This document shows positions 7,185-15,931 of a stretch of 40,680 nt of DNA, one piece after another. The position numbers and the translations under genes were made by a program. Within the stretch, counting starts at the first letter, position 1, and each line of letters opens with the position of its first letter. The notes under the pieces are model-generated. The model did not search any database. It was not told the DNA's origin and was given only the letters and a program-made list of their open reading frames with translations. Origin of the DNA: a virus (Duplodnaviria > Caudoviricetes); the IMG/VR virus record IMGVR_UViG_3300042827_000008, positions 1 through 40,680 of that record. One strand, given 5' to 3'.

Positions 7185-7246
7185 CGCCGAACCTTTTTCC
7201 GTTCTTCCGCAACGCGGCCGACGCCCGAGCCCGGGCCGGTAGAAAG

Positions 7247-7358
7247 TGCTGAAAAAGAAGAAGAAGTAAGTCCCCGGCAGCCCCGGAACCGCTGCTGAAT
7301 AAGGGGAAGAAGGGGGAAGAAGGGTCCCGAGGGACTTACTTCTTCTTCTTTTTCAGCA
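7247..7358. repeat. perfect 28-bp inverted repeat with purine-rich spacer; candidate replication origin
   Basis: TGCTGAAAAAGAAGAAGAAGTAAGTCCC at 7247-7274 and its exact reverse complement at 7331-7358; 56-bp spacer with GGGGAAGAA repeats; intergenic. Confidence 0.85.
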
Positions 7359-7379
7359 AATCCAGACGACAGGGCTCGA

Positions 7380-8588
7380 TCAGGCATGGGGTTCTTCCGC
7401 ACTTCTTCCGCGGTCCATGTCGAACAGGGTCGGCTGCCCCCTGACCTGCTTCGCGGGCTTCGCCACTCGCATCGCCCGGGCGATTTGGCCGGGGTCTGTG
7501 GTGCGCCATTTCGCGAGACGGCAGTAGTCCTCCGACAGGTCCACCGACACCCCGTGGCGCCCCAGCACCCGCGCGACCAGGGCGGTGGTTCCGGTACCGC
7601 CGAACGGGTCCAACACCGTGGCCGGTGTGGTAGGCGCGGTGGTGTCAGGGCAGGCGCAGGAGGCTTGACGATGAGACGCCGCGCAGTTCGGGTCACGCTC
7701 GCCGACCGGTCGGCGACCCTCGCCGCACGCGGTACACACACCGGGTGGGGACCAGCCTTGGATGATGCGGCGGGGCCACTCCATCGGGAACGCCGCGAAA
7801 TGATCGATCCCCAACTCTGCGGGCACCTTCAACGGCTGGGTAGCGATCGACCACACAGACCCGGGCAGCTTGCCGAGCGCGTTGACTGCTGCCGGTCCCG
7901 TATCGCCGTCGCTGACACTGCGGTGGAAGCCGTTGTCGTGGTTGCCTGTCTTGGCCCGTGTGTTGGCGACATACCCGGCTGCGTACCGGGCTTTGGTGCC
8001 GGGCGCGTACGTCTCGCGGATGGCGTCAACGGCGCTGTAGTAGCGGGGCTCCTTCGTGAAGTGGAACCACTGCTCGTGGCTTCGGCGTACCCGGTCGGTG
8101 ACGGACTCGGGTAGCCCGTTGGGCTTGGACCAGATGACCTCGGCGCGGAGGATCAGCCCGAGGTCGTCAATGCAGCGCAGCGCGTACCGCCACGGGATAC
8201 CGAATAGAGACTTGGTTCGAGTGCCGGTAGGGCCGCGGAGGGGTTTGCCGCCCTGAAACCCGTCGATGGACGCCCGGTTGCCGTTGCCGTTGCGGCTGCG
8301 TTCGGTGTTCTGTGCGTACTTGTCGCCGAGGTTGACCCAGATGGACCCGGACGATTTCAGGACCCGCACCATTTCGACTGTTGCCGTGAGCAACGCGTCT
8401 ACGAACTCGGCCGGGGTGGCTTCGGCGCCGATCTGGCCGACGTAGTGCTCCCCGTCGTCGCGGTATGACCGCAGACCGAAGTAGGGCGGGGACGTGACCA
8501 CTAGGTCAACGGTGTTGTCGGCGAGCGGCAGCGCGAGCGCGTTGCCGTGGTGCAGGGTCACCCCCTCGTCGGTGTAGTAGATGCTCAC
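7380..8588 (-). CDS. beta-class N4-cytosine/N6-adenine DNA methyltransferase
   Basis: VDLVVTSPPY (motif IV) precedes VLDPFGGTGTT (motif I); HFAAFP; CTAC...CAC Zn-like insert. Confidence 0.93.
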   Translation of the reverse strand: MSIYYTDEGVTLHHGNALALPLADNTVDLVVTSPPYFGLRSYRDDGEHYVGQIGAEATPAEFVDALLTATVEMVRVLKSSGSIWVNLGDKYAQNTERSRNGNGNRASIDGFQGGKPLRGPTGTRTKSLFGIPWRYALRCIDDLGLILRAEVIWSKPNGLPESVTDRVRRSHEQWFHFTKEPRYYSAVDAIRETYAPGTKARYAAGYVANTRAKTGNHDNGFHRSVSDGDTGPAAVNALGKLPGSVWSIATQPLKVPAELGIDHFAAFPMEWPRRIIQGWSPPGVCTACGEGRRPVGERDPNCAASHRQASCACPDTTAPTTPATVLDPFGGTGTTALVARVLGRHGVSVDLSEDYCRLAKWRTTDPGQIARAMRVAKPAKQVRGQPTLFDMDRGRSAEEPHA

Positions 8589-10717
8589 TGGCCGGTCCCG
8601 CCGACCACGTAGCGGATAGCGGGGCGCCCCCCGGTGACGACGCGGTGCACCTCAAGCCCGGGGATGCGGCCGAGCAGGTCATCCAGCTCGGGCGCGGTGA
8701 GCCGCCCACGGAAAAAGTCGTTCACGTTCGTGCGGGACGCGCCTTCGCTGCCCGCCTCGGTCAGGTACGCCGTCAGCCGGGCGACTTGATCGTCTTCGGG
8801 GCTGCGCAGCAGGACCCGCACTGACGCGATGGAGTAGCGCACGAGGGCTGCGGCGGCTTCGATGTGTCGTACGTCCACGGCTGCTTCGCCGTCTAGCAGG
8901 GCATACAGCACCGACAGGCGCAGGGTGTAGGGGATGGAGCGGGCGATGAACTGCCCGAGCCGGTCGTTGTCGGTGTCGTCTTCACCGACGGACAGTTCGG
9001 CGTACACGTCGTGCCACATTTCAGCGGCGGCCGGCGTGCGGGGGATCCAGCCGCGGCGGTGCGCCGCCTGCATCCGTAGCCGCAGTTGTTCACCGAGCCG
9101 GGTCATCAGTTCCCGCGGCGGGCTCGGCGCTTCGGGGAGCAGCTTGGAGCGGGTGATGAGCAGCGGCAGGAACCGGTTGTAGGTGCCGCCCACGAGGTCG
9201 GAGTCGCGCAGCCGCATCAGGAATTCGCGCGGCGACACGTGCGCCGATATGGCGATGTGGGCGCCGGTGGCGATCACCGACGATTTGGTCAGGGTGGCCA
9301 GTGTCTTCCCGTCCCACGCCTGCCGCAGTACCGCCGACAGTGAACTGCCTTCCCGCTTGGCCCTCGCCATGGTGCCGCCGAACTCGGTCTCGACCACCCA
9401 ACACCGCTTGTCCTGCACCCCGGCGTCGATCAGCTTCGGTTCCTTCGCGGGGTCGTTGGAGGTCTCCAACACGGGGTCGCGTACGGCGTGGATCAGCCCC
9501 TCGCCCGACGACAGGCCCCCGGTGATGTTGCCGGACGCGAACACCGGGTCGGCCAACGCTATGAGGGATTCGGCGACGTCGTGCGCGGTGCCTTTGCGGC
9601 CGGTGCTGGTCCGCCCGAGCAGCAGCGGCCACACCAGCAGCGGGTGATGTGTGGTGGACACCAGCGCGTGGGGTCCACGCCCGATCGCGCACCCGGCACC
9701 TGCCAACAACGTGGCCAGCACACCCACGGGGTCGCCTTCGGTCCACGGGTCGAGCGCCCGTACGGCTTCACCGATGAACCCTTGATAGATGAGGTCGGAG
9801 GGGCGCAGCGCGGCAGCCTGTGGCGGCAGGTCCAGGTCCGCGGCTGGCGCCGCGGCCGGCGGGGCCACGGGGCGGGTGCGGGCGGGTGCGGTGGCGCGGG
9901 GCGGGGGCAGTTCCCGCGCCGTGGTGCCGACCTTCCGCGCCGCCGACAGGGCGGTCTGATCCACCTCGGCATCAGACAGGCCGATGATCCGGCCCGCCTC
10001 GCACAGGTCGTCCACGGCGGACGCGGCGAGCCCGGCGTTAACCAGCTCGATCACGTTGCACAGCGCAGAGAACAGGGTCGCGTTGCGTTCCCCGGGCTGT
10101 GCCTGCTTCACCCGGTCCAGTTCGGCCTCGTACCCGGCTTTGAACCATGCGGCGTGCTCGCTGTCATCGAACACGGTCCGCGGCAGTGTCGGGGTCAGCG
10201 GTACCCGCACGGTCGGGGCGAGCACTTCCCGCAGTGGCGCGGGGACCGGGGGCAGCGGCGCGGTGCTGTGAACCACCCACCGGTACAGGGCGCCGGACGG
10301 GTGCACCGACGGCGGCGCGACGATGTAGCCGCCGGTGCCGCGCCAGTCGATCGGTGCGCCGAGCAGCCGGGCACGGTTCCCCACGCCGCACGGCTGGAAC
10401 AGGTAGTGCCAGCCCTTGCCTGTCTTGGAGACGGCGACGCGCAGGTCGGCGGGGTCAACGCCGTGGTCGGCGCACCATGCCCGGAACACCTCGACCGCTT
10501 CGGGTCCGTCCAGGTCGAGCACGTCGAACGCGTCCCCGGTCCGCAGTGCGATGTTCGCGGCGGGGAACTGCCGCCACCATGCGTCCACGACCTTGGCGTC
10601 GGTGGTGGCGTCTTTCAGCCCGTGCTCGGTGAGCGGTTCTTTGCCCTTGGGCTTGAGCGGGAACACTGGCCAGCCCCGCGCCGCGTACGCCATCGCCGCG
10701 TCATGTTGAGTCGCCAT
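8585..10717 (-). CDS. bifunctional DNA primase/polymerase fused to DUF3987-like helicase/ATPase
   Basis: GWPVFPL...K.P...G...AT...WW...ANIALRTG..FDVLDLD...TGKGWHY...GGYIVAPPSVHPSG..Y.W; C-terminal GRTSTGRKGT, SSGEGLI, LRQAWDG. Confidence 0.92.
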   Translation of the reverse strand: MATQHDAAMAYAARGWPVFPLKPKGKEPLTEHGLKDATTDAKVVDAWWRQFPAANIALRTGDAFDVLDLDGPEAVEVFRAWCADHGVDPADLRVAVSKTGKGWHYLFQPCGVGNRARLLGAPIDWRGTGGYIVAPPSVHPSGALYRWVVHSTAPLPPVPAPLREVLAPTVRVPLTPTLPRTVFDDSEHAAWFKAGYEAELDRVKQAQPGERNATLFSALCNVIELVNAGLAASAVDDLCEAGRIIGLSDAEVDQTALSAARKVGTTARELPPPRATAPARTRPVAPPAAAPAADLDLPPQAAALRPSDLIYQGFIGEAVRALDPWTEGDPVGVLATLLAGAGCAIGRGPHALVSTTHHPLLVWPLLLGRTSTGRKGTAHDVAESLIALADPVFASGNITGGLSSGEGLIHAVRDPVLETSNDPAKEPKLIDAGVQDKRCWVVETEFGGTMARAKREGSSLSAVLRQAWDGKTLATLTKSSVIATGAHIAISAHVSPREFLMRLRDSDLVGGTYNRFLPLLITRSKLLPEAPSPPRELMTRLGEQLRLRMQAAHRRGWIPRTPAAAEMWHDVYAELSVGEDDTDNDRLGQFIARSIPYTLRLSVLYALLDGEAAVDVRHIEAAAALVRYSIASVRVLLRSPEDDQVARLTAYLTEAGSEGASRTNVNDFFRGRLTAPELDDLLGRIPGLEVHRVVTGGRPAIRYVVGGTGQ

Positions 10718-11741
10718 GTCGGGACTCCTCCGTGTTGTAGTGGGTGAGCAGCAGACGCAAGGCGGCGACCGCCTGCTGCGGAACGACTCCGTTGCCTAGG
10801 GCTCTCAGTTGCGCGGGGCGGGTGATGCCCGGTACGTCGGTCACGTGGCCGGCGGGTAGGCCCTGCATCCATTCCACGAACCGTGGCGACAGCCGCGGCC
10901 CCCCTTTGGTGTCGGGTTCGTCGGGGGCTGGCGCGACCCGCCCTAGGATCCGTTCCCAGCGGTGGACGGCGGGTCCGTACTTGCCCCACGTGTCGGTGTC
11001 CCCAGCAGCGCCCCGTGTAGGCACGAGTCGTCCGCCCGCTGGTTGCGTCCCTTGTGGTCGCGGCTCGTCGGCGTCGGCAGCAGCTTGTGCACCACTGTCG
11101 TTAGGTCGTCCCCACCGCTGCCGACCCGGCCGGCGCGGTGGAAGTCTGCTCCCGAGCGGGACAGCTTCGCGTCGGGTGTCGGCAGCAAAGACAAAGATTC
11201 GTTGCCGACGGTGGGGGGCTCCCACTCCGGAAGCCGGTACGCAACACCAGCGCGCGTCATACCCCATGTCGGCCAGGTCGCCGAGTACGGCTCCGAGTGC
11301 CCGCAAAGCAGGCTTACCCGGTTCGTCTCCCACACACCCCGGGCACTGCTCCACGTCGCTATGCGCTTTGACATTCACTAACCCCCGAACGTTTTCGATC
11401 GCCACGAACATCGGCCGCAACGCGGCCACCGCTTCGGCCATATGGACCCATAGCCCGGACCGGGTGCCCTTGCCCATCCCCGCCTGACCACCAGCCAACG
11501 ACACGTCTTGGCAGGGGAAGCCTCCGGTGAGCACGTCCACCGGGGTGACGGTGGACCAGTCCACCGCGGTGACGTCTCCGAGGTTCGGCACCGTCGGCCA
11601 GTGGTGCGCGAGGATCGCGGCCGGTCCGGGTGCGGGGTCGGCGAACCATGCAGGCTCGGTGCCGAACACCTCCGACACGGCCATGCCTAGCCCGTTGTAG
11701 CCGGTGAAAAGGCTGCCCTCGCGCAGCGACCGGCGGGTCAT
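10701..11741 (-). CDS. C5-cytosine DNA methyltransferase
   Basis: SLFTGYNG (I), GGFPCQDVS (IV), RSGLW, ENV (VI), PHRRQRIF (VIII), RLSPRFVEWMQG (IX), LGNGVV (X). Confidence 0.92.
   Translation of the reverse strand: MTRRSLREGSLFTGYNGLGMAVSEVFGTEPAWFADPAPGPAAILAHHWPTVPNLGDVTAVDWSTVTPVDVLTGGFPCQDVSLAGGQAGMGKGTRSGLWVHMAEAVAALRPMFVAIENVRGLVNVKAHSDVEQCPGCVGDEPGKPALRALGAVLGDLADMGYDARWCCVPASGVGAPHRRQRIFVFAADTRREAVPLGSRLPPRRPGRQRWGRPNDSGAQAAADADEPRPQGTQPAGGRLVPTRGAAGDTDTWGKYGPAVHRWERILGRVAPAPDEPDTKGGPRLSPRFVEWMQGLPAGHVTDVPGITRPAQLRALGNGVVPQQAVAALRLLLTHYNTEESRHGDST
10943..11374 (-). CDS. nested alternative-frame ORF within the C5 MTase (LLPTP-repeat polypeptide)
   Basis: 143-aa ORF with own ATG; SATWPTWGMTRAG.AY, then LLPTP twice and LLGTP once. 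Confidence 0.65.
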   Translation of the reverse strand: MSKRIATWSSARGVWETNRVSLLCGHSEPYSATWPTWGMTRAGVAYRLPEWEPPTVGNESLSLLPTPDAKLSRSGADFHRAGRVGSGGDDLTTVVHKLLPTPTSRDHKGRNQRADDSCLHGALLGTPTRGASTDPPSTAGNGS

Positions 11742-12004
11742 GAGTCACGCCGAAACTCCACCCGCGCAGGCTTCCCGGTGAGCAGGATGCACAGTGACCG
11801 CGTGTACCGCTTACCCACGCGGCCGGCGTCGAGGGGCCGGGTGTCGAGGTGCGAACAACGGATCGTTGATTTTGTCAACAATTCCAGCGCGGCGGTCGGT
11901 TCGCCGTCGAGCAGGTACTGAATCGCTGTCCGTACGGCATAGTGGCGGCACTGCTCAGCCATCATCACCGGGTCGGCGGTGTAGACCTTCGTCACGATCG
12001 TCAC
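11738..12004 (-). CDS. hypothetical protein
   Basis: GTGA-coupled start; fills gap in tightly packed operon. Confidence 0.65.
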   Translation of the reverse strand: MTIVTKVYTADPVMMAEQCRHYAVRTAIQYLLDGEPTAALELLTKSTIRCSHLDTRPLDAGRVGKRYTRSLCILLTGKPARVEFRRDS

Positions 12005-12198
12005 CAGACCACCTCGGCCCATCGGCGCGACCCGTCCAGGCCACCCTCGGATGAGTGAACTGTCGCGGCGGCGAGCGCCAACGTTGCGTGCACTTGCGCG
12101 GCGGCGCGGGCAGCCATCACGTACTCGGACTCTTCGTCGTCGCGGTCAGCTAGCGCGAGCCATAGTTCCGCCTTGCGGTAGTGCTCTGGCCCGGTCAT
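12001..12198 (-). CDS. conserved small actinophage protein
   Basis: MTGPEHYRKAE...AQVHATLALAAAT motif. Confidence 0.75.
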   Translation of the reverse strand: MTGPEHYRKAELWLALADRDDEESEYVMAARAAAQVHATLALAAATVHSSEGGLDGSRRWAEVVW

Positions 12199-12443
12199 GG
12201 CGCCTCGACCTCGGGGACGACCGCGACCAGTTCGGCGGGTACGTCGATCACGTCGGGGGTCAGCGGCGCGAACACGGTCTGCGGTACCCGCAGGGTCAGC
12301 TTCACCACGACCGACCCGACGGGAATGCCCCCGGCCGGCGGGCGCACGGTGGCGCGTCGAACCTTGGCGCGGACGACCTCGCCTCGCCCGTTGATCAGGT
12401 CCGGTTCAACGAGGGCGTAGAAGGTGGCGTCAACGGTGCTCAC
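12195..12443 (-). CDS. hypothetical protein
   Basis: coupled at both ends; KLTLRVPQTVFAPL. Confidence 0.7.
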   Translation of the reverse strand: MSTVDATFYALVEPDLINGRGEVVRAKVRRATVRPPAGGIPVGSVVVKLTLRVPQTVFAPLTPDVIDVPAELVAVVPEVEAP

Positions 12444-13237
12444 AGCGGCGCTCCGTCGTCGTCGGGTTCGGCGTCGGCATAGACGGGTGCGGTGATCTGC
12501 TCCACCTTCGTGGAGGTGCGCACCACCTCGTCGTTAGCGACGGCGGTGGAGAACTCGGGCGACAACGGTAGGTACTTGGCGAGTTGCCGGATCGCGGTTT
12601 TCTTGGCCATGGCGTCGTAGTCGGTGCGCCATGGTCCGGAGTCTTTCGCCTTGCTGCGTTCACGAATCCGCTCGATATCCTCGCGGTACAGCACCACGGA
12701 CGCGGTGCCGCCGCCCTTGATCTCGGCGGCTGCCCACCACGCGTAAGCCTTGCCGCGGCCGGACCGGGCCGGGATGTGTTCCAGGACGGGGCGCAGCCCG
12801 TTCACGTAGGTGAACTGGTCACCTTCGCGGACCGCTTCGGCGGCGAGGCTGGCGACCTTGCCACTGTTCCACGCCAGCTTGATCAGCCCCTTATAGCCGG
12901 GGATGAAGGTGCATATGGTTTCCCCGGTCTGCCGGTTCAGGTACGGCACGAGCCACGCCTCGCCGAGCACCCGGCCCGGTTCCAGCCCGAGCTGCGCGGC
13001 GGTCATCAGGGCACCGAGGACCGATTCGGGGGTGCAGTTCATCAGCGCCGGTGTCTCGCGCAGTTCGGTCAGCGCTATGCGGGTGAAGCGTTCCACGCCG
13101 ATGGAGTCGCCGATGACGCGGGCGAACTCGGGGCGCATCGCCTCGATTGCGCGGCGCAGATCGGTCGTGGCGACGGCGCTGCCGGCGCTGTCGTCGCGTT
13201 CGGCGATCGCGGTGCGCACACTGTCATTCGTTGCCAT
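12440..13237 (-). CDS. recT: RecT-family ssDNA annealing recombinase
   Basis: CTPESVLGALMTAAQLGLEP...AWLVPY...GYKGLIKLA...V.EGD.F...GPW..DYDAMAKKTAIRQL.KYLP. Confidence 0.95.
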   Translation of the reverse strand: MATNDSVRTAIAERDDSAGSAVATTDLRRAIEAMRPEFARVIGDSIGVERFTRIALTELRETPALMNCTPESVLGALMTAAQLGLEPGRVLGEAWLVPYLNRQTGETICTFIPGYKGLIKLAWNSGKVASLAAEAVREGDQFTYVNGLRPVLEHIPARSGRGKAYAWWAAAEIKGGGTASVVLYREDIERIRERSKAKDSGPWRTDYDAMAKKTAIRQLAKYLPLSPEFSTAVANDEVVRTSTKVEQITAPVYADAEPDDDGAPL

Positions 13238-14222
13238 GTCGCTTCACTTCCTTGGGGGGGACGGTGGTGAATCTGCGGCTGTGGGTGGCCCGGGTGAATT
13301 CGTCGGCCAGGTCGGGATGCGCAGCGCGCAGCGCGGTTGTGTCGATCCGGTTCGTGGTGACGTTGGACCAGCGCACGATCACGTCGTCGTCGTAGACGCC
13401 GACGGGGTGGTCGCCGAGCTTGTCCTGTAGACCTTGGGCGAACGCGTCGCGCTGCCGGGTCAGTTCTTTGATCTGGTCTGCGAGGTCGCGGATACACAGC
13501 ACCGCGTAGTAGTCGTCTGGGGACAGGACAACGCCGTCCTCCTCGGTCGCTTCGGGCCACCGGCGGCGTACCGCGGCGGCGGCGCTGGCGGACCCGTCCG
13601 GCTGCGGCGGTTCCCCGGACTGCACCCGTTCCCAGAACGCCGCGTCGTGCAGCCGCATCAGCTTGTGCAGCACGTCGTCAGGTTCGATCTCTTTGCACAC
13701 GAACCGCTGCCCGGCGATCAGCCCGGCCACCCACGCCCGCGGCAGCCCCGTCACCATCAGGTAGTGGTGGGTCTGCAACAGCGCCGCGGTGGGCAGGTCG
13801 TCGCCTTCCCATTCGTGCGACATATGCAACCCGGTCGTCTTGGCTTCGAGGATGCCGACCAGCTCGTCGCCGTCGTACACGAGCCGGTCGGGGTTGGCGA
13901 ACAGATACGGATCGGTGTTGTTCGCCAGCAGTCCGGGGGCGCCGCCGCACCGGAGCCCGGTGGTCAGCTCGAACGCGTCCGCCACGTCGTCTTCTAGTGC
14001 GTTGCCCCAGTACATGGGCGAGTCGGGGCCGGGCTCGTCGCGGTCCAGGTCGGCCGGCGTGCGCTTTTCCAGCCACAGTTCGTACGCCGATTTGTACGGG
14101 CTGAGCCCCATGACGACCGCGGCGTCGCTGCCGCCGATGCCTTGCTGACGTAGCAGCAACCATTCCTCGCGGTCGTAGGGCGCGGGCAAGATGATGTGGC
14201 AGTCCGGCAGGGTGGTGTTCAT
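13224..14222 (-). CDS. YqaJ/RecE-like exonuclease
   Basis: WL..RQQGIGGSDAA..MGLSPY.S...LWLEK...WG..LE...ANPDR...LEAKT...Q.HHYL.VTG. Confidence 0.93.
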   Translation of the reverse strand: MNTTLPDCHIILPAPYDREEWLLLRQQGIGGSDAAVVMGLSPYKSAYELWLEKRTPADLDRDEPGPDSPMYWGNALEDDVADAFELTTGLRCGGAPGLLANNTDPYLFANPDRLVYDGDELVGILEAKTTGLHMSHEWEGDDLPTAALLQTHHYLMVTGLPRAWVAGLIAGQRFVCKEIEPDDVLHKLMRLHDAAFWERVQSGEPPQPDGSASAAAAVRRRWPEATEEDGVVLSPDDYYAVLCIRDLADQIKELTRQRDAFAQGLQDKLGDHPVGVYDDDVIVRWSNVTTNRIDTTALRAAHPDLADEFTRATHSRRFTTVPPKEVKRHGNE

Positions 14223-14497
14223 GACCGGTCCGCCCGGAGCGCGTGACTGACGACCCGCACCACGAGATCCAGCGGCGGCACGTCCCGGCCGGCGGTCAGG
14301 GCGGCGTCGATCTCGGCGGCGCACGCGCGGGCCGGGTGGCGCAGACGGTCCACGTCGGCGCGTGTGGCGTACGCGGCGCCGTCCACCTCGATGACCGGCA
14401 GCACGTCACGGTCGATCCAGCCGCGGACGTGTCCGGCGGACGTGTCCAGCAGGCACGGCACGTCGGCTACCGGGATCAGCCCGGCGGTGGAGGTCAC
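14219..14497 (-). CDS. Xis/MerR-like HTH protein
   Basis: LIPVADVPCLLDTSAGHVRGWIDRDVLP...YATRADVDRL. Confidence 0.65.
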   Translation of the reverse strand: MTSTAGLIPVADVPCLLDTSAGHVRGWIDRDVLPVIEVDGAAYATRADVDRLRHPARACAAEIDAALTAGRDVPPLDLVVRVVSHALRADRS

Positions 14498-14715
14498 GAC
14501 GCCTGCCGCGGCGGCACGTTCACGGGGGTGGTGACGCGGCGCAGGTAGGCCAGCACGTCAACTTGGCGGTAGTAGACCCGCGGCCGGACGCCGCCGCCGA
14601 TCCTCGTACAGCCGATCTGTCCGGTGTCGCGGAGGCGGTCGATCGTGCGGACCGACACCCCCAGCATGGCGGCGGCTTCGGCCACCGTCAGCAGCGTCTC
14701 CGTGTTCGTTGTCAT
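14494..14715 (-). CDS. excisionase-like HTH (HTH_17/AlpA-like); Cro-position gene
   Basis: LLTVAEAAAMLGVSVRTIDRLRDTGQI...RIGG...RVYYRQVDVLAYL. Confidence 0.85.
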   Translation of the reverse strand: MTTNTETLLTVAEAAAMLGVSVRTIDRLRDTGQIGCTRIGGGVRPRVYYRQVDVLAYLRRVTTPVNVPPRQAS

Positions 14716-14750
14716 CGGCCCCGATTCCTTCCCGCCCCGGCGTGTCGCCT

Positions 14751-14844
14751 TGACGGAAACAGTTGGACACTTGCGGAACACGCTGTGCAAGTGATCCGTC
14801 ACTATGGGGTGTTTTTTGACGGGATTGGCGCTAGCATCCCGTCA
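14751..14844. promoter_or_regulatory. divergent control region with nested dyads (operator candidates)
   Basis: TGACGGA 14751 / TCCGTCA 14795; CACTTGC 14768 / GCAAGTG 14787; TGACGGGAT 14817 / ATCCCGTCA 14836. Confidence 0.55.
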
Positions 14845-14953
14845 CGGGGCGCAGAAAGTGCCGGGTTTCCCCAACCACACAAGGCGCTTGCTGCCACCCC
14901 GGACCCCTCCCGGAACACAAGGTGCGGGAGACACGGATGAACGGGGATCCACC

Positions 14954-15346
14954 ATGTACGTGAGAGTTGCGCGGCGTCTGGCTGCCCTAGCCGACGTGAC
15001 ACACGACCGGTACGGCGAGCCCGTACTGATCCTCAAGGCCGGGATACCGGCCGACCTCCCACTCGCCAACGCGCTGACCGAGGTGCTGCGGGACTTCACC
15101 ACCCGCGAGGCTGTCCGCGCCCGGCTGCTGACGCCGCCGGTGACCATCAAGCAGGCGGCGGACGCGCTCGGGGTCGGTCCCCGCTGGCTGGCGCGCCGGA
15201 TCGAAACGGATCCGACGTTCCCCCACACCCGCGTCGGTTCCCATACCCGACTGCTGCCCGAGCACATCGAGGAGATTCGGCAGCGGTTCACCCACGGCGA
15301 ACTGCGGTACGGCTCGCAAGGCGGAAGGCCGAGGCGTGAGCCGTGA
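14954..15346 (+). CDS. protein with C-terminal Xis-like HTH; repressor-position gene
   Basis: GAACGGGGATCCACCATG; VTIKQAADALGVGPRWLARRI...FPHTRVG...RLLPEHIEEI. Confidence 0.75.
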   Translation: MYVRVARRLAALADVTHDRYGEPVLILKAGIPADLPLANALTEVLRDFTTREAVRARLLTPPVTIKQAADALGVGPRWLARRIETDPTFPHTRVGSHTRLLPEHIEEIRQRFTHGELRYGSQGGRPRREP

Positions 15347-15738
15347 CGACAACACCCAACCCGTGGCGGCCGTGGCGGCGTCTCCGCGTTGACGACTCCT
15401 GCCCGTGCGAGGTGTGCAAGGCCAAACGGCAGGCCGGGTCATCCCCGGGACCGCTGTCGCGAGGGCAACGCCGCGCCGTACGGCTGGCCTACTTCGTGGC
15501 CGGCGGATTCCTCGGGCTGGCTGTGTTCCGGCTGTCCACCGGTCACGCGGGCGGGCTGGTGTATCTGGCGTGCGCGCTGGTGTGGGGTCTGGTGATGCCG
15601 TGGCAGTGGCGCCACATCTTCGAGACGCACAACCGTACCGAGGTGATCATCCGCTCTATCGGCATCACGACAACGGGCACCCCGCCACGGCACAAGGCCG
15701 GGAAGGGTGCCCGCTGGTGGCGACCGAAACCGCCGTGA
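15343..15738 (+). CDS. membrane protein (2 TM)
   Basis: GTGA-coupled; hydrophobic LAYFVAGGFLGLAVF and LVYLACALVWGLVM. Confidence 0.6.
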   Translation: MTTTPNPWRPWRRLRVDDSCPCEVCKAKRQAGSSPGPLSRGQRRAVRLAYFVAGGFLGLAVFRLSTGHAGGLVYLACALVWGLVMPWQWRHIFETHNRTEVIIRSIGITTTGTPPRHKAGKGARWWRPKPP

Positions 15739-15748
15739 GACGTGCCCG

Positions 15749-15931
15749 TCACTGGCGCGGCGTGTGCCCGGCGGTCAGTAGACGCCGGGCACGCGCCGCG
15801 CGAATCTCGTCCAGTACGCGGGCGATATCTGCGTACGCCTCCGCACCGAGGTCGTCGGGGCAGTGGTAGTCGGCGAGCGGGACGCTGTGATCTAGGCGCG
15901 CCTGTCGCGCCTCGGGACTGGTGTCGGGCAT
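15749..15931 (-). CDS. hypothetical protein
   Basis: 60-aa ORF with GAGGGG upstream. Confidence 0.45.
   Translation of the reverse strand: MPDTSPEARQARLDHSVPLADYHCPDDLGAEAYADIARVLDEIRAARARRLLTAGHTPRQ

Noticed and set aside
7247-7358. Inverted repeat read as a MITE or IS end
   Set aside because: No flanking target-site duplication, no transposase, single copy
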